64,000 nt of DNA, taken from contig CAVWDG010000015.1 in the NCBI GenBank assembly GCA_963753695.1, forward strand, positions 9,178 through 73,177, read 5' to 3'. Under the pieces are notes generated by a model, which saw only the letters and a list, made by a program, of their open reading frames with translations, was not told the origin of the DNA and did no database searches. Source of the DNA: an uncultured Actinomycetes bacterium. GTDB taxonomy: Bacteria > Actinomycetota > Thermoleophilia > UBA2241. Positions 13,127 through 22,135 of this stretch are shown here, in pieces (position 1 is the first letter of the stretch; each line of letters begins with the position of its first letter). The translations under genes were made by a program, and so were the position numbers.

Positions 13127-14438
13127 GAGCCCCGAAGGCGCGCAGCGCCGGCGCCCCCAGCCTCTCCCCCAGCCGCCGCTTCAGCGCGAACTCCACGCGC
13201 CCTTTGAGGATGGCGACGCGCATCTTGGTGGCCGAGACGTCGGCGTCGAAGGTGAGCGCGTGGCCGGTCAGCAGGCCGCCGCGCTGGCGCCACTCGCGCC
13301 GCGCGCGGCCCGCGAGCCGCTCGGTCAGCGCCGTGCCGGGCAGCGGGTAGGGCATCGTCAGACCCAGGTAGTCGAGCGGCAGCGAACCGGCGAAGCGTAG
13401 CGTGTCGAGCACCGTGTCGTCGCTCTCGCCGGGGTAGTAGACGATGAAGAAGGCGCCGACGCGCAGGCCGGCGTTGTGTGCGGCCTCCACGGCGGCGCGC
13501 GCCTGGGCGGTCGTGATCTGCTTGTCCATGAGCCGCAGCACGGCGTCGTTGCCCGACTCGATGCCGAAGAAGATGGTGTCGCAGCCCGCCTGCCGCATGC
13601 GCCGCGCGGTCTCGTAGTCGAGCGTGTCGACACGCCCCAGGCACTCCCACGAGAAGCGCAGGCCGCGCCGCGCGATCTCGTCGCACACGGCGGCCACCCG
13701 GCGGCGATCGAGCGTGAAGACGTCGTCAGCGAACGAGATGCGGTCGTAGCCCAGGGCGAGCGCCTCTTCGATCTCGTCGACCACGTTGCCCGGCGAGCGC
13801 TCGCGGTAGGACCGGCCGAACACCACGTTGCTGCAGAACTCGCAGGCAAACGGACAGCCCCGCGTGCTCATCACCGTGGTGACGGCCCGGCCGTCCTTCT
13901 TGCGCCCGTGGGCGATGTAGGCCTCGTTGGGCAGCAGGTCACGCGCCGGAAAGGCGAGCGCGTCGAGGTCGGTGGCGAAGGGCCGGGACGGCGCCAGGAC
14001 GGCCCCGCGGGCGACGACGCCGGCGACCGCGCCGATGTCGACGCCCGCCTCGAAGGCGGCCACGAGCTCGCACATGGCCTGCTCTCCCTCGCCGCGCACG
14101 ACCGCGTCGAAGCGCTCGAGGAACTCCTGGGGTTCGCAGGTCGGCAGGGGACCGCCCGCCACCAGCAGGTCGCAGCGGTCGCGCAGGCGCTCGGCGAACC
14201 AGCGGCACTCGGCCCCCAGCGTGGCCATGGCGTAGATGCCCACGACCCGCGCCCCCGAGGCCTGCGCCCGGCCGAGCGCCTCGTCGCGGGCGAGAAAGGT
14301 GCAGTCGAGCAGGTCGACGTCGTGGCCGGCGCGGCGCAGCGCGGCGGCCACGTACGCCGGCCCGAGCGGCGGAAAGCGAAAGCGCGAGCGATCGCGGCGC
14401 CCCAGGAAGAACGGGTAGATGAGCAGCACCGTCGTCAC
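13095..14438 (-). CDS. B12-binding domain radical SAM protein (3)
   Basis: FPPLGPAYVAA, RGEGE, TRGCPFACEFC, ADDVF, GIESG; GTG overlaps the stop of the upstream gene. Confidence 0.92.
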   Translation of the reverse strand: MTTVLLIYPFFLGRRDRSRFRFPPLGPAYVAAALRRAGHDVDLLDCTFLARDEALGRAQASGARVVGIYAMATLGAECRWFAERLRDRCDLLVAGGPLPTCEPQEFLERFDAVVRGEGEQAMCELVAAFEAGVDIGAVAGVVARGAVLAPSRPFATDLDALAFPARDLLPNEAYIAHGRKKDGRAVTTVMSTRGCPFACEFCSNVVFGRSYRERSPGNVVDEIEEALALGYDRISFADDVFTLDRRRVAAVCDEIARRGLRFSWECLGRVDTLDYETARRMRQAGCDTIFFGIESGNDAVLRLMDKQITTAQARAAVEAAHNAGLRVGAFFIVYYPGESDDTVLDTLRFAGSLPLDYLGLTMPYPLPGTALTERLAGRARREWRQRGGLLTGHALTFDADVSATKMRVAILKGRVEFALKRRLGERLGAPALRAFGAPTDALLRRLR

Positions 14439-15361
14439 GAGGTCCGCGCGATCGCCAGCTCGTAGGCGAAGCCGCCCAGCGTGGGCGGCACCGAGTAGCC
14501 GAAACCCGACCAGGCCAGGCGCGTGCCGATCAGCTCGCGGCCCCGATGCAGCGTGGCGCCGGCGACCTGCCCGAGCGAGAAGGCCACCTGGTGCGAGTCG
14601 CAGACAAACGACCCCCGGTCGGCGGTGACCAGGTCCCACGTGCCGACGGCCGGCCCGCGCAGGTCGGCGCCGCTGCCATCGACGTACCGGTCGAAGCGCC
14701 GCGCGCCCAGCTCGTTCATGAGCACCACCTCACTGATGTCGTCGGGCAGGCCGGAGAGGTCGACCGCGACCCCCACGCGCACGCCCTCGCGACCCTCAAG
14801 GATCGTAAAGGTCGCCTTGAGGGTCATGGTCGAGGCTTCGGCCGCGAAGATCGTCTGCCAGCCCATCGAGCGGCGCACGGCGTTCGACGCCGCAGTCAGC
14901 GGGCCGCGCAGCGCCGGAGCGCGGCGGTGGAGCGCCGCCAGCGAGTTCTTGGCGGCGTACAGCGCCTTCGAGCCGACGGCGGCGCCCTCGGCCGTGGCCA
15001 GCCGCTCGACCAGGTCCATGGCAAAGACGGCCGTCACCTCGCGGCCGCCGGCGACCGGCCGCTCGGCCAGGGCGACGCCGCCCGGAAAGACGGTAGTGAT
15101 GCCGCGCTTGAGGATGGGCACGCCGAACCCCACGCCCTCTTCGGCCAGGTCCGTGCCGTCGACGCTGAGCAGCAGCCCCTTCTGCAAGCGATGCGTCGGG
15201 TAGGCGGGGCCGGCGGCGCGCGCGGCGGGCGCGCGATCGGCGAGCGCGCGGCCGGCGGGCGCGGCGGTGGCGCGATCCGTGGGCGAGGCGACAGGCGCAT
15301 CCGCGGCGCCATCGGCGATGGTGAGAGCAAGCCCGTCTTGCAGCGCGAGCTCGACCTTCAC
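14435..15361 (-). CDS. Hypothetical protein in the radical SAM operon
   Basis: 308-aa ORF with 4-bp overlaps on both sides; motif-like LQKGLLL..EEGVGFGVP, MNELGA, WSGFGY. Confidence 0.8.
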   Translation of the reverse strand: MKVELALQDGLALTIADGAADAPVASPTDRATAAPAGRALADRAPAARAAGPAYPTHRLQKGLLLSVDGTDLAEEGVGFGVPILKRGITTVFPGGVALAERPVAGGREVTAVFAMDLVERLATAEGAAVGSKALYAAKNSLAALHRRAPALRGPLTAASNAVRRSMGWQTIFAAEASTMTLKATFTILEGREGVRVGVAVDLSGLPDDISEVVLMNELGARRFDRYVDGSGADLRGPAVGTWDLVTADRGSFVCDSHQVAFSLGQVAGATLHRGRELIGTRLAWSGFGYSVPPTLGGFAYELAIARTS

Positions 15362-16755
15362 GACCGCACCTCAGCGACCGGCCGTTCGCCGGACCGCGTC
15401 GCGCGCCGGGCCGCGCCCACGGCGCGCCCGCGCAGGCAGGCGACCACGATCCACCAGCCCGCGATCTGCCAAGCGACGACCAGGGCGGCGCGCGCCAGCA
15501 GGGTCGCCTGGCTGTAGCGACCGACGTCGACCAGCAGCCGCGTCATGAGCCCCGGCGCCGAGACCCACAGCAGCTGCAGCGGCGAGGCGTTGAAGACGGT
15601 GAAGGCCAGGGGCAGCGCCCAGACCGCCGTCAGGGCGCGGCGGTCGAGGGCGCCCGTAGCGGTCAGCAGGGCGACCAGGGGGACGATCAGCGCGACGTTC
15701 GGTTCGGCCACCCAGGTGCGTGTCAGAAAGACGAGCAGGGTGAGCCCCGTGGCCATCTTCAGCAGATCGTCGAAGTCGTCGTCGTCCGACGCCGGCGCGG
15801 CGGCGCCGTCGCGACGCAGCGGCGGCCCGACCGGCAGCGCACCGTCCGCCGGCCGCGCCGCCGAGTCGCCGCGTCGCGCCCACAGCACGGCGACGCCCAG
15901 CGCCAGCGCCGGCGCCCATAGCAGGCCCAGCAGCCACCACCTGCCCTGCATCAGCAGGGGGTCGCGAAAGAGCCTGACGACCGTCATGAGCGAGAGCGCC
16001 CCCTGGTGCACGAAGTGGGCGTTCAGGCGCTGGGTGAACGGCGTCCGGTCCCAGCCCAGGGCAAAGAACGGCGCGACGTAGAACAGCAGCGCGGCGCCCA
16101 GCCACACGCCGGCGTAGCGCAGCGCCCTGGGCAGCGAGCGCGACGCCAGGTAGAGCAGGGCGGCGGGCAGCAGCGGGAGCGCGATGGGCTTCACGCAGAA
16201 GGCGAGAGCCAGCAGCACGGCCGACAGGTCGCCGCGGCGCCGGTAGAGCAGCCACAGGGCCGCCAGGGCGAGCAGGGCGACGATCGGGTCGATCTCGCCC
16301 CAGGCGGCCCCGACGTACATGAGGAAGGGGTTCAGGAGCACGACCGTCCAGGCGCGCCGGGCTACCGCCGGCGAGGCGCCGCGCTCGCGCAGGATGGCCC
16401 CGACCAGGTGGGCAAGCCCGACGTTGGCGGCGATCACCGGCAGCTTGAGGGCCAGGTTGTAGAGCAGCAGGTCGTGGGTCGGCGCGTAGCTGACGCGGTA
16501 GAGCAGGCCGGCGAGCAGCGGCCAGGGGGGCGGGTAGCCCACCGAGGTGATGCGGCTGAACCCGACGTGGTGGAACACGCGCACCAGGTTGAGCGCCACG
16601 TACGGGTCGCGGCCGGTGCCCGCGAGAAACCCGGTCGCCATGAACAGGCGCGTGTCGTAGGAGTGGCCGAGCGCCAGACCCAGCGCCAGCTGCAGGGCGA
16701 CGCTGAGCGCCAGCAGGCGCCGGTCGTGACCGCGCCCTGCGACGAGATCCTCCAT
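15358..16755 (-). CDS. Polytopic membrane protein, GT-C / GT87-like glycosyltransferase
   Basis: GHSYD, GYPP, LKLP, LLNP, WGEID, CVKP pattern and many TM helices, typical of GT-C fold proteins. Confidence 0.7.
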   Translation of the reverse strand: MEDLVAGRGHDRRLLALSVALQLALGLALGHSYDTRLFMATGFLAGTGRDPYVALNLVRVFHHVGFSRITSVGYPPPWPLLAGLLYRVSYAPTHDLLLYNLALKLPVIAANVGLAHLVGAILRERGASPAVARRAWTVVLLNPFLMYVGAAWGEIDPIVALLALAALWLLYRRRGDLSAVLLALAFCVKPIALPLLPAALLYLASRSLPRALRYAGVWLGAALLFYVAPFFALGWDRTPFTQRLNAHFVHQGALSLMTVVRLFRDPLLMQGRWWLLGLLWAPALALGVAVLWARRGDSAARPADGALPVGPPLRRDGAAAPASDDDDFDDLLKMATGLTLLVFLTRTWVAEPNVALIVPLVALLTATGALDRRALTAVWALPLAFTVFNASPLQLLWVSAPGLMTRLLVDVGRYSQATLLARAALVVAWQIAGWWIVVACLRGRAVGAARRATRSGERPVAEVRS

Positions 16756-16778
16756 CGCCCGGCCGCTGATAGCCGCGG

Positions 16779-17243
16779 CTAGCCCAAGCCGGCGTAGGCC
16801 ACGGCATACAGCAGCACGCCGGTGAGCGCACCGAGCAGGTAGAGCGCGTACGAGCTGCGCATGAAGGGCTTGAAGTGCGTGAAGCGCAGCCGCGACGGCA
16901 AGAGCTCAAGAGCGGCGAGCACGACGTAGAGGCCGAACACGAGGGCGACCACGCCCACGACGGCATGCACGGTGGCCACCGCGTAGGCGCGCTGGTTGAG
17001 CCTGGCCGGGATCTGGGGGGCGATGTAGAGCACGAACGACCTGATCATCCAGGCGGCGATGACGGCGGTGCTGAGCGCGACCCCCGCGATCTGCACGCGG
17101 CGATGCGCGGTGTAGCGACGGGCGACGGCGAGGCGCCAGCCGACCGTGAAGATGACGGCGGCCACCACGCTGAGCGCCAGCGCCAGCACCGCTCCGGCGG
17201 GCGCCTTGGTGGTGAGCGCCGACACGATCGCTGCAGGACCCAC
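16779..17243 (-). CDS. DUF420-like four-TM membrane protein
   Basis: GWRLAVARRYTAHRRVQ, ..VHAVVG, four hydrophobic helices; GGGGAG RBS before GTG 17243. Confidence 0.65.
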   Translation of the reverse strand: MGPAAIVSALTTKAPAGAVLALALSVVAAVIFTVGWRLAVARRYTAHRRVQIAGVALSTAVIAAWMIRSFVLYIAPQIPARLNQRAYAVATVHAVVGVVALVFGLYVVLAALELLPSRLRFTHFKPFMRSSYALYLLGALTGVLLYAVAYAGLG

Positions 17244-17557
17244 GTATCTCCCCCGATCCGGCGTTGTGGCTGTGCGGCAGACGCCTCGCGCACGAGGGCG
17301 CCGTCCGGCCACTCTAGCCCGCCCGCTCGCGGCGGGCAACGCAGGCTCCGTTTAGGTGCGCGCCACGCGTCCGGACGGCCCTCCGCACGGACCGCTCGGA
17401 CGCTCGCGGACGCGGATTCCCTCGTCCATTCTTGCGTATGGGCGTTTAGGAGGGAAATCCGGTGGCCATAACCCTCACATCAGCGGGTGTGCCGGGCAGC
17501 GCCCGGCGGGGAGCCAGCCCGCCGAGGCAGACACACCGGGGGCGAAAAGGGGAGTGA

Positions 17558-17917
17558 ATGGACGACAGGCCACAATTCGGCGTCGAACTGGTACGCATTG
17601 GCGATGACGTAGCCGTGGTCGCACTTCAGGGCGAAGTCGACATCTACTCGGCGCCCCAGTTCAAAGAGGTCATGATCCAGAGCATCGACGAAGGCGCCAA
17701 GCACATCGTCGTCGACTTGGCCGGCGTCACGTTCATCGACTCCACCGCGCTCGGCGTACTGGTAAGCGGCGCCAAGCGCGTGCGTCCGCAGAACGGCACC
17801 CTCGACATCGTCTGCCACGACGAAAACATCACGCGAATCTTCGAGATCACCGGACTCGACCGGATCTTCGGCATCTATCCCACCCGGGAAAAGGCCCTCG
17901 AAAGCGCGACTGTCTAG
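17558..17917 (+). CDS. Anti-sigma factor antagonist (STAS, RsbV/BldG-like)
   Basis: GEVDIYSAP, VDLAGVTFIDSTALGVL, IFEITGL. Confidence 0.93.
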   Translation: MDDRPQFGVELVRIGDDVAVVALQGEVDIYSAPQFKEVMIQSIDEGAKHIVVDLAGVTFIDSTALGVLVSGAKRVRPQNGTLDIVCHDENITRIFEITGLDRIFGIYPTREKALESATV

Positions 17918-17966
17918 TAAGCCGGCGCCGGCGGTCAGGCCGGCTCGAGACAAGGGGTGTTCGGCC

Positions 17967-18353
17967 ATGGAGTATCGCACTAGCAGAGGCCTCAGGGGAC
18001 GCCGACTTTCCGTGCAGGTCGACGACATGAGCAAGAGCAAACAATACGGCGGCGGGCGTGTCTGCTCCGTGTCTGGCTGCGAGACACGCCTGTCTACCTA
18101 CAATCCGTCCAACATCTGTGCCCTGCACAGCGGTGGCTGGAAAGACGAGCTCAAGCGGCCCAGCCGCAAGCAGCGTCCGCGCGAAGAGATGACGCGGTAC
18201 TGCAGCTTCGAGCCGTGCAGCCGCGAGTTCGTCACGAGCAACCCCGCCAAAAAGTACTGCAGCGACGCCTGTCGCATGAAGGCCTTTCAGGCCCGGGCGG
18301 TGGCGGCTCGTCAGACCGAGCTCAGCGAAACGCTGGCCCGCAGGGCAAGCTAA
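17967..18353 (+). CDS. Small Cys-rich putative double zinc-finger protein
   Basis: CSVSGC..C..H and CSFEPC..F..YCSDACR motifs. Confidence 0.75.
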   Translation: MEYRTSRGLRGRRLSVQVDDMSKSKQYGGGRVCSVSGCETRLSTYNPSNICALHSGGWKDELKRPSRKQRPREEMTRYCSFEPCSREFVTSNPAKKYCSDACRMKAFQARAVAARQTELSETLARRAS

Positions 18354-18414
18354 GGACGCATCCCGCGCAGGGTCGCGCGACGCCGGGGCCTGACTGCCCC
18401 AAAGTCGTGCTGCG

Positions 18415-18915
18415 CTACGTGCGCGCGGTCGCCCGCCGCGAACGTATGACCGGTGGGCTCGGCGCCAGGTCGAAGGCCGGCGGTATGAGCGGTGTGCCCA
18501 CAGCGATCGCCCCTATGCCGGCGTCGAGCGTCTCGTAGACGGGCACCACGTTGGGTAGGCCGACGAGCGCGATGGTGCGCCGCACGTAGCCCGCCGGACG
18601 GGTGATGACCAGCTCCCTGCGGTGCTCGTGTAGCCGCACGACGAGCGACACCACGAGCCCCACAAACGCCGAGTCGACCATCTCGACCAGGGCCAGGTCG
18701 AGCACCAGGTCGCGGGTCTTGAAGAAGAAGGGCCCCAGGCGGCGCCGCAGATAGCGTTCGATCTCGGGAACGTTGTCCAGGTCGAACTCGCCGCTCAGGG
18801 CCAGGACCGGCACCTCGCCGGGGCCTACGAAACTCAAGTGCAGCCCTCCCCCGGCCCCCTTGAGCGTGACCGCACGGCCGGCCGTGTCGGCGCGGTCTTT
18901 GGTTCGAGCGCTCAC
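18415..18915 (-). CDS. STAS domain protein (anti-anti-sigma-like)
   Basis: LSGEFD, VLDLALVEMVDSAFVG, LVGL; GGGGGA RBS before GTG 18915. Confidence 0.8.
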   Translation of the reverse strand: MSARTKDRADTAGRAVTLKGAGGGLHLSFVGPGEVPVLALSGEFDLDNVPEIERYLRRRLGPFFFKTRDLVLDLALVEMVDSAFVGLVVSLVVRLHEHRRELVITRPAGYVRRTIALVGLPNVVPVYETLDAGIGAIAVGTPLIPPAFDLAPSPPVIRSRRATART

Positions 18916-19230
18916 GTAGTCCCCCCTGCAGTCACTGTCCGGCCGCCACGCCCGACGGCTCGGGTACGGCGAAGACTGGAATCTCGGTGCGTTGACAGTG
19001 CGGCGATCGCCCGCTACCGGCAAGTCAGGCGACCGCCGGTCGATCACGTCGTTGGCACCGAGCGTATGGTGGCCGGCAGGCGTTGTAAAGGCGCGGATTG
19101 CCGTTCCCGACACTCATGGCCTCATTCTCTGCACGAGGCTGAAACGACGCCCTCACAGGCTCGACCTCGACGGTGGGCGAAGGCTGAGGCGACTTGAGGC
19201 TCGGGGCCGTCGGGCAGGCGTCGCGCACCC

Positions 19231-19330
19231 CGGGGACGGACGCGCAGAGAGGCCGGCTACTCGCCGGGACGGGCGCTGCAGAGGTGCCCCGGCCGCTCGC
19301 CGGGACGGGCGCTGCAAAGGCGCCCCGGCC
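19231..19330. repeat. Imperfect tandem repeat of about 36 bp downstream of secF
   Basis: CTCGCCGGGACGGGCGCTGCA(G/A)AGG.GCCCCGGCC twice plus a degenerate copy. Confidence 0.7.
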
Positions 19331-19347
19331 CCGGTCGCGGAACGCCG

Positions 19348-20310
19348 TCAGGTGATCTCGCCGGCCTTGAGTGCGAGCTTGCGGTACAGGGGCTCGCGCT
19401 CTTTGAGCAGCGTGAGCACGGGGCTGGCCACGAAGATCGACGAGTAGGCGCCCGAGGCCACGCCGACGAGCAACGCGAAGGCGAAGTCTTTAAGGGTGGA
19501 GCCGCCGAACAGCAGCAGGCAGACCACCGGGATCAGGGTCATCAGGGTCGTGTTGATCGACCTGGTGATGGTCTCCCAGATGGAGCGGTTGACCATGTCG
19601 CCGTACGGCACGCGCGTCATCTTGGGCGCGTTCTCGCGCACGCGGTCGAAGACGATGACCGTGTCGTAGAGCGAATAGCCGAGGATGGTGAGCACCGCGG
19701 CGATGGTGTCGGTGGTCACCACCCGCCCGGTGAGCGAGTAGATGCCGATCACGACCAGCAGGTCGTGGAACTCGGCGGCGATGGCGCCCACGGCGAACTT
19801 CCACGAGAAGCGGATGGAGATGTAGATCAGGATGAGGACGAGCGCTATGCCGATGGCCTTGTACGACGAGGTGATGACCTCGCGGCTGAACGAGGCGCCC
19901 ACCGTGTTGATGTTCCAGTCGGTGCCCCCGTTGGCGGTGGGGGCGATGGTGAAACTCTTGTCGAGCGCGCTCTTGAGGGCGAGCTGCTGGTCGGCCGACA
20001 GCGTGGTCGTCGAGATCTGGAAGCTCGAGCCGCCGTTGTTTGACTTGACCTGCTGGATGACCGCGTCGGTGTAGCCCTTGGCGTCGACGATGCCGCGCAC
20101 CTGCGCGGTGGTCGCCGGCTTGACGAAGGTCACCGCGATACGCGTGCCCGACTTGAACTCGAGCCCGTAGTTGAAGCCCTTGACGGGGTTGCCGCCGCCG
20201 CGGATGAACATGCTGAGCAGGCCGATGGCGATGACCGTGCCCGAAAGCGCGAACCACAGGTACTTGTGACCCATGTAGTCGAACGAATAGATCTTGCGAA
20301 ACCAGGTCAT
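19348..20310 (-). CDS. secF: Protein translocase subunit SecF
   Basis: GLEFKSGT, AEFHD, LTILGYSLYDTVIVFDRVREN, RSINT, GAYSSIFVA. Confidence 0.96.
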   Translation of the reverse strand: MTWFRKIYSFDYMGHKYLWFALSGTVIAIGLLSMFIRGGGNPVKGFNYGLEFKSGTRIAVTFVKPATTAQVRGIVDAKGYTDAVIQQVKSNNGGSSFQISTTTLSADQQLALKSALDKSFTIAPTANGGTDWNINTVGASFSREVITSSYKAIGIALVLILIYISIRFSWKFAVGAIAAEFHDLLVVIGIYSLTGRVVTTDTIAAVLTILGYSLYDTVIVFDRVRENAPKMTRVPYGDMVNRSIWETITRSINTTLMTLIPVVCLLLFGGSTLKDFAFALLVGVASGAYSSIFVASPVLTLLKEREPLYRKLALKAGEIT

Positions 20311-20312
20311 GG

Positions 20313-21962
20313 CTATTTCTTCTTCTTTCGGGCGGTCGACGGGCGGCGCTTGGCGGGAGCGCGGGTCGGCGAGTCGCCGCCGCGCGTGATGCCGGCGGCG
20401 TCGCCGGCGCGCAGCACGGCGCCGGTACGGCCGTCACTCGCGGCCGCACGCTGCCGCGAGGCGCGCCCACCGCCGCCGTTGTCGACGGCGGCCTCGATGT
20501 CGGAGGCGTGAACGCCCATGAACTCGGCGCGGTTGAAGAAGGCGAAGTCGGACAGCAGACCCAGCATGGCGCGTGTGGCGACCACGGCGGTGAACATGCT
20601 GACCAGCACGCCGAGCATCAGCGTGAAGGCAAAGCCTTTGGGCTGCGCCGTGGCGAACTCGAAGATCACGGCCGCGGTGAGCAGCGTCAGGACGTTGGCG
20701 TCGAGGATGGTGCGAAAGCCGCGGGCGTATCCCGAGTTGACCGCCGAACGTACCGTGCGCCCGTGGCGCACCTCTTCTTTGATGCGCTCGAAGATGACCA
20801 CGTTGGCGTCGGCGGCCACGCCGATCGTGAGGATCATGCCGGCGATGCCCGGCAGGGTGAGCGTGACGTGCACGGCGTTGAACAGGCCGAGCAGCAGGAT
20901 GCCGTAGATGACGAGCGCGATGTCGGCGACCAGGCCCAGGAAGCGATAGTAGAACAGCATGTAGAGCAGGATGAGCGCGAGGCCGACGATGCCGGCGATG
21001 AGCGCTTCGTGCAGCGAGTCCTTGCCCAGGGTGGCCGAGACTTGCTGGCTCTCGATCTGGTTGAGCGTGACCGGCAGGGCGCCGGTGTTGATCACGAGGG
21101 CGAGGTCTTTGGCCTGGGACACGGTGAAGCTGCCGGTGATCTCGGCGCTCGTGCCCTGGATGCCGCCGGGGTTCTCTTTGTAATCGACGATGGGGTCGGA
21201 CTCCATCTGGTTGTCGAGCACGATGGCGAAACTCTGGTTGACGCCCGTGATCTGGCCGGTAGTGGCCAGCTCTCGCGTGACGTTGCCGAACTGCTTACCG
21301 CCCGCTCCGGTGAAATTGATGTTCACGTCGGGGCGGTTGCGCTGGTCGTAGCTCTGGAACGACTTGGCGATCGCGCTGCCGGTCATGGCCGGCGGCAGGC
21401 TGTAGATGAAGTAGAGCGGCGTCGTGTTGTTGCCGTACATGCCCTTCTGCGCGACCACCGCCAGGTACTTGGTGGAGGTCTGGCCCGCGGCGAGCTTGGC
21501 GAGCTCGGCGTTGGCGCCCTTGGGCTGCGCCACCAGCGGCGAGGTCTGGGCGGTCTTGACGGCCGCGGCCAGAGTGTCGGCGGGGCCCGCTACGCGCTGC
21601 TTGCCGTCGTTGAAGAACAGCAGCTGAGCGGTCTGGCCGACGGTGCGCACCGCCTGATCGACGTTCTTGATGCCGGGCAGCGCCACGGAGATCTGGTCGG
21701 ACCCCTGGATCTGTACCGCGGCTTCGCTCACGCCGAGGCCGTTGACGCGGCGGTTGATGATGTTGATCGTCTGGTCGAGCTGGGCGCGCGAGGGCGGGGT
21801 GCCGTTGGGCAGCGCGGCCTTATAGACGATCTCGAGGCCGCCCTGGAGGTCGAGCCCGAGGTGGGTCTTCTTGCCGAACGGAAAGATGTAGAAGCCCGAC
21901 ACCACGACCAGGGCCGCGACGACGAGCAGGATAAGAATATTTCGTTGCTTGCGATTCTTCAT
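20313..21962 (-). CDS. secD: Protein translocase subunit SecD
   Basis: LGLDLQGG, RVNGLGVSE, TLPGIAG, DANVVIFERIKEE. Confidence 0.96.
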   Translation of the reverse strand: MKNRKQRNILILLVVAALVVVSGFYIFPFGKKTHLGLDLQGGLEIVYKAALPNGTPPSRAQLDQTINIINRRVNGLGVSEAAVQIQGSDQISVALPGIKNVDQAVRTVGQTAQLLFFNDGKQRVAGPADTLAAAVKTAQTSPLVAQPKGANAELAKLAAGQTSTKYLAVVAQKGMYGNNTTPLYFIYSLPPAMTGSAIAKSFQSYDQRNRPDVNINFTGAGGKQFGNVTRELATTGQITGVNQSFAIVLDNQMESDPIVDYKENPGGIQGTSAEITGSFTVSQAKDLALVINTGALPVTLNQIESQQVSATLGKDSLHEALIAGIVGLALILLYMLFYYRFLGLVADIALVIYGILLLGLFNAVHVTLTLPGIAGMILTIGVAADANVVIFERIKEEVRHGRTVRSAVNSGYARGFRTILDANVLTLLTAAVIFEFATAQPKGFAFTLMLGVLVSMFTAVVATRAMLGLLSDFAFFNRAEFMGVHASDIEAAVDNGGGGRASRQRAAASDGRTGAVLRAGDAAGITRGGDSPTRAPAKRRPSTARKKKK

Positions 21963-22006
21963 GGGATCCGATCGATCGGGCCCGAGGCGAGCCCGTCAAG
22001 CGCTAC

Positions 22007-22035
22007 AGCATAGAGAAAGGGATTGGTCATTGCAA
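22007..22035 (-). promoter_or_regulatory. Promoter for secDF
   Basis: TTGCAA-N17-TATGCT on the minus strand. Confidence 0.65.
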
Positions 22036-22135
22036 TCGCGCCCGCAGCAGAGCATATCGGCAGTTTACCTGCAAACTATAGCTTTTGCCGCGAACTGCGG
22101 GAACTGCTGCCGGCCGCGACCGCGGCGCGCACGCG

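Noticed and set aside
8692-17300. Integrative element at tRNA-Ala
   Set aside because: No integrase and no duplicated tRNA 3' end (att site) were seen; composition looks like the backbone.
17430-17475. SigB-type promoter before the STAS gene
   Set aside because: GTTT-N16-GGCCAT has a poor -10 match; too weak to call.
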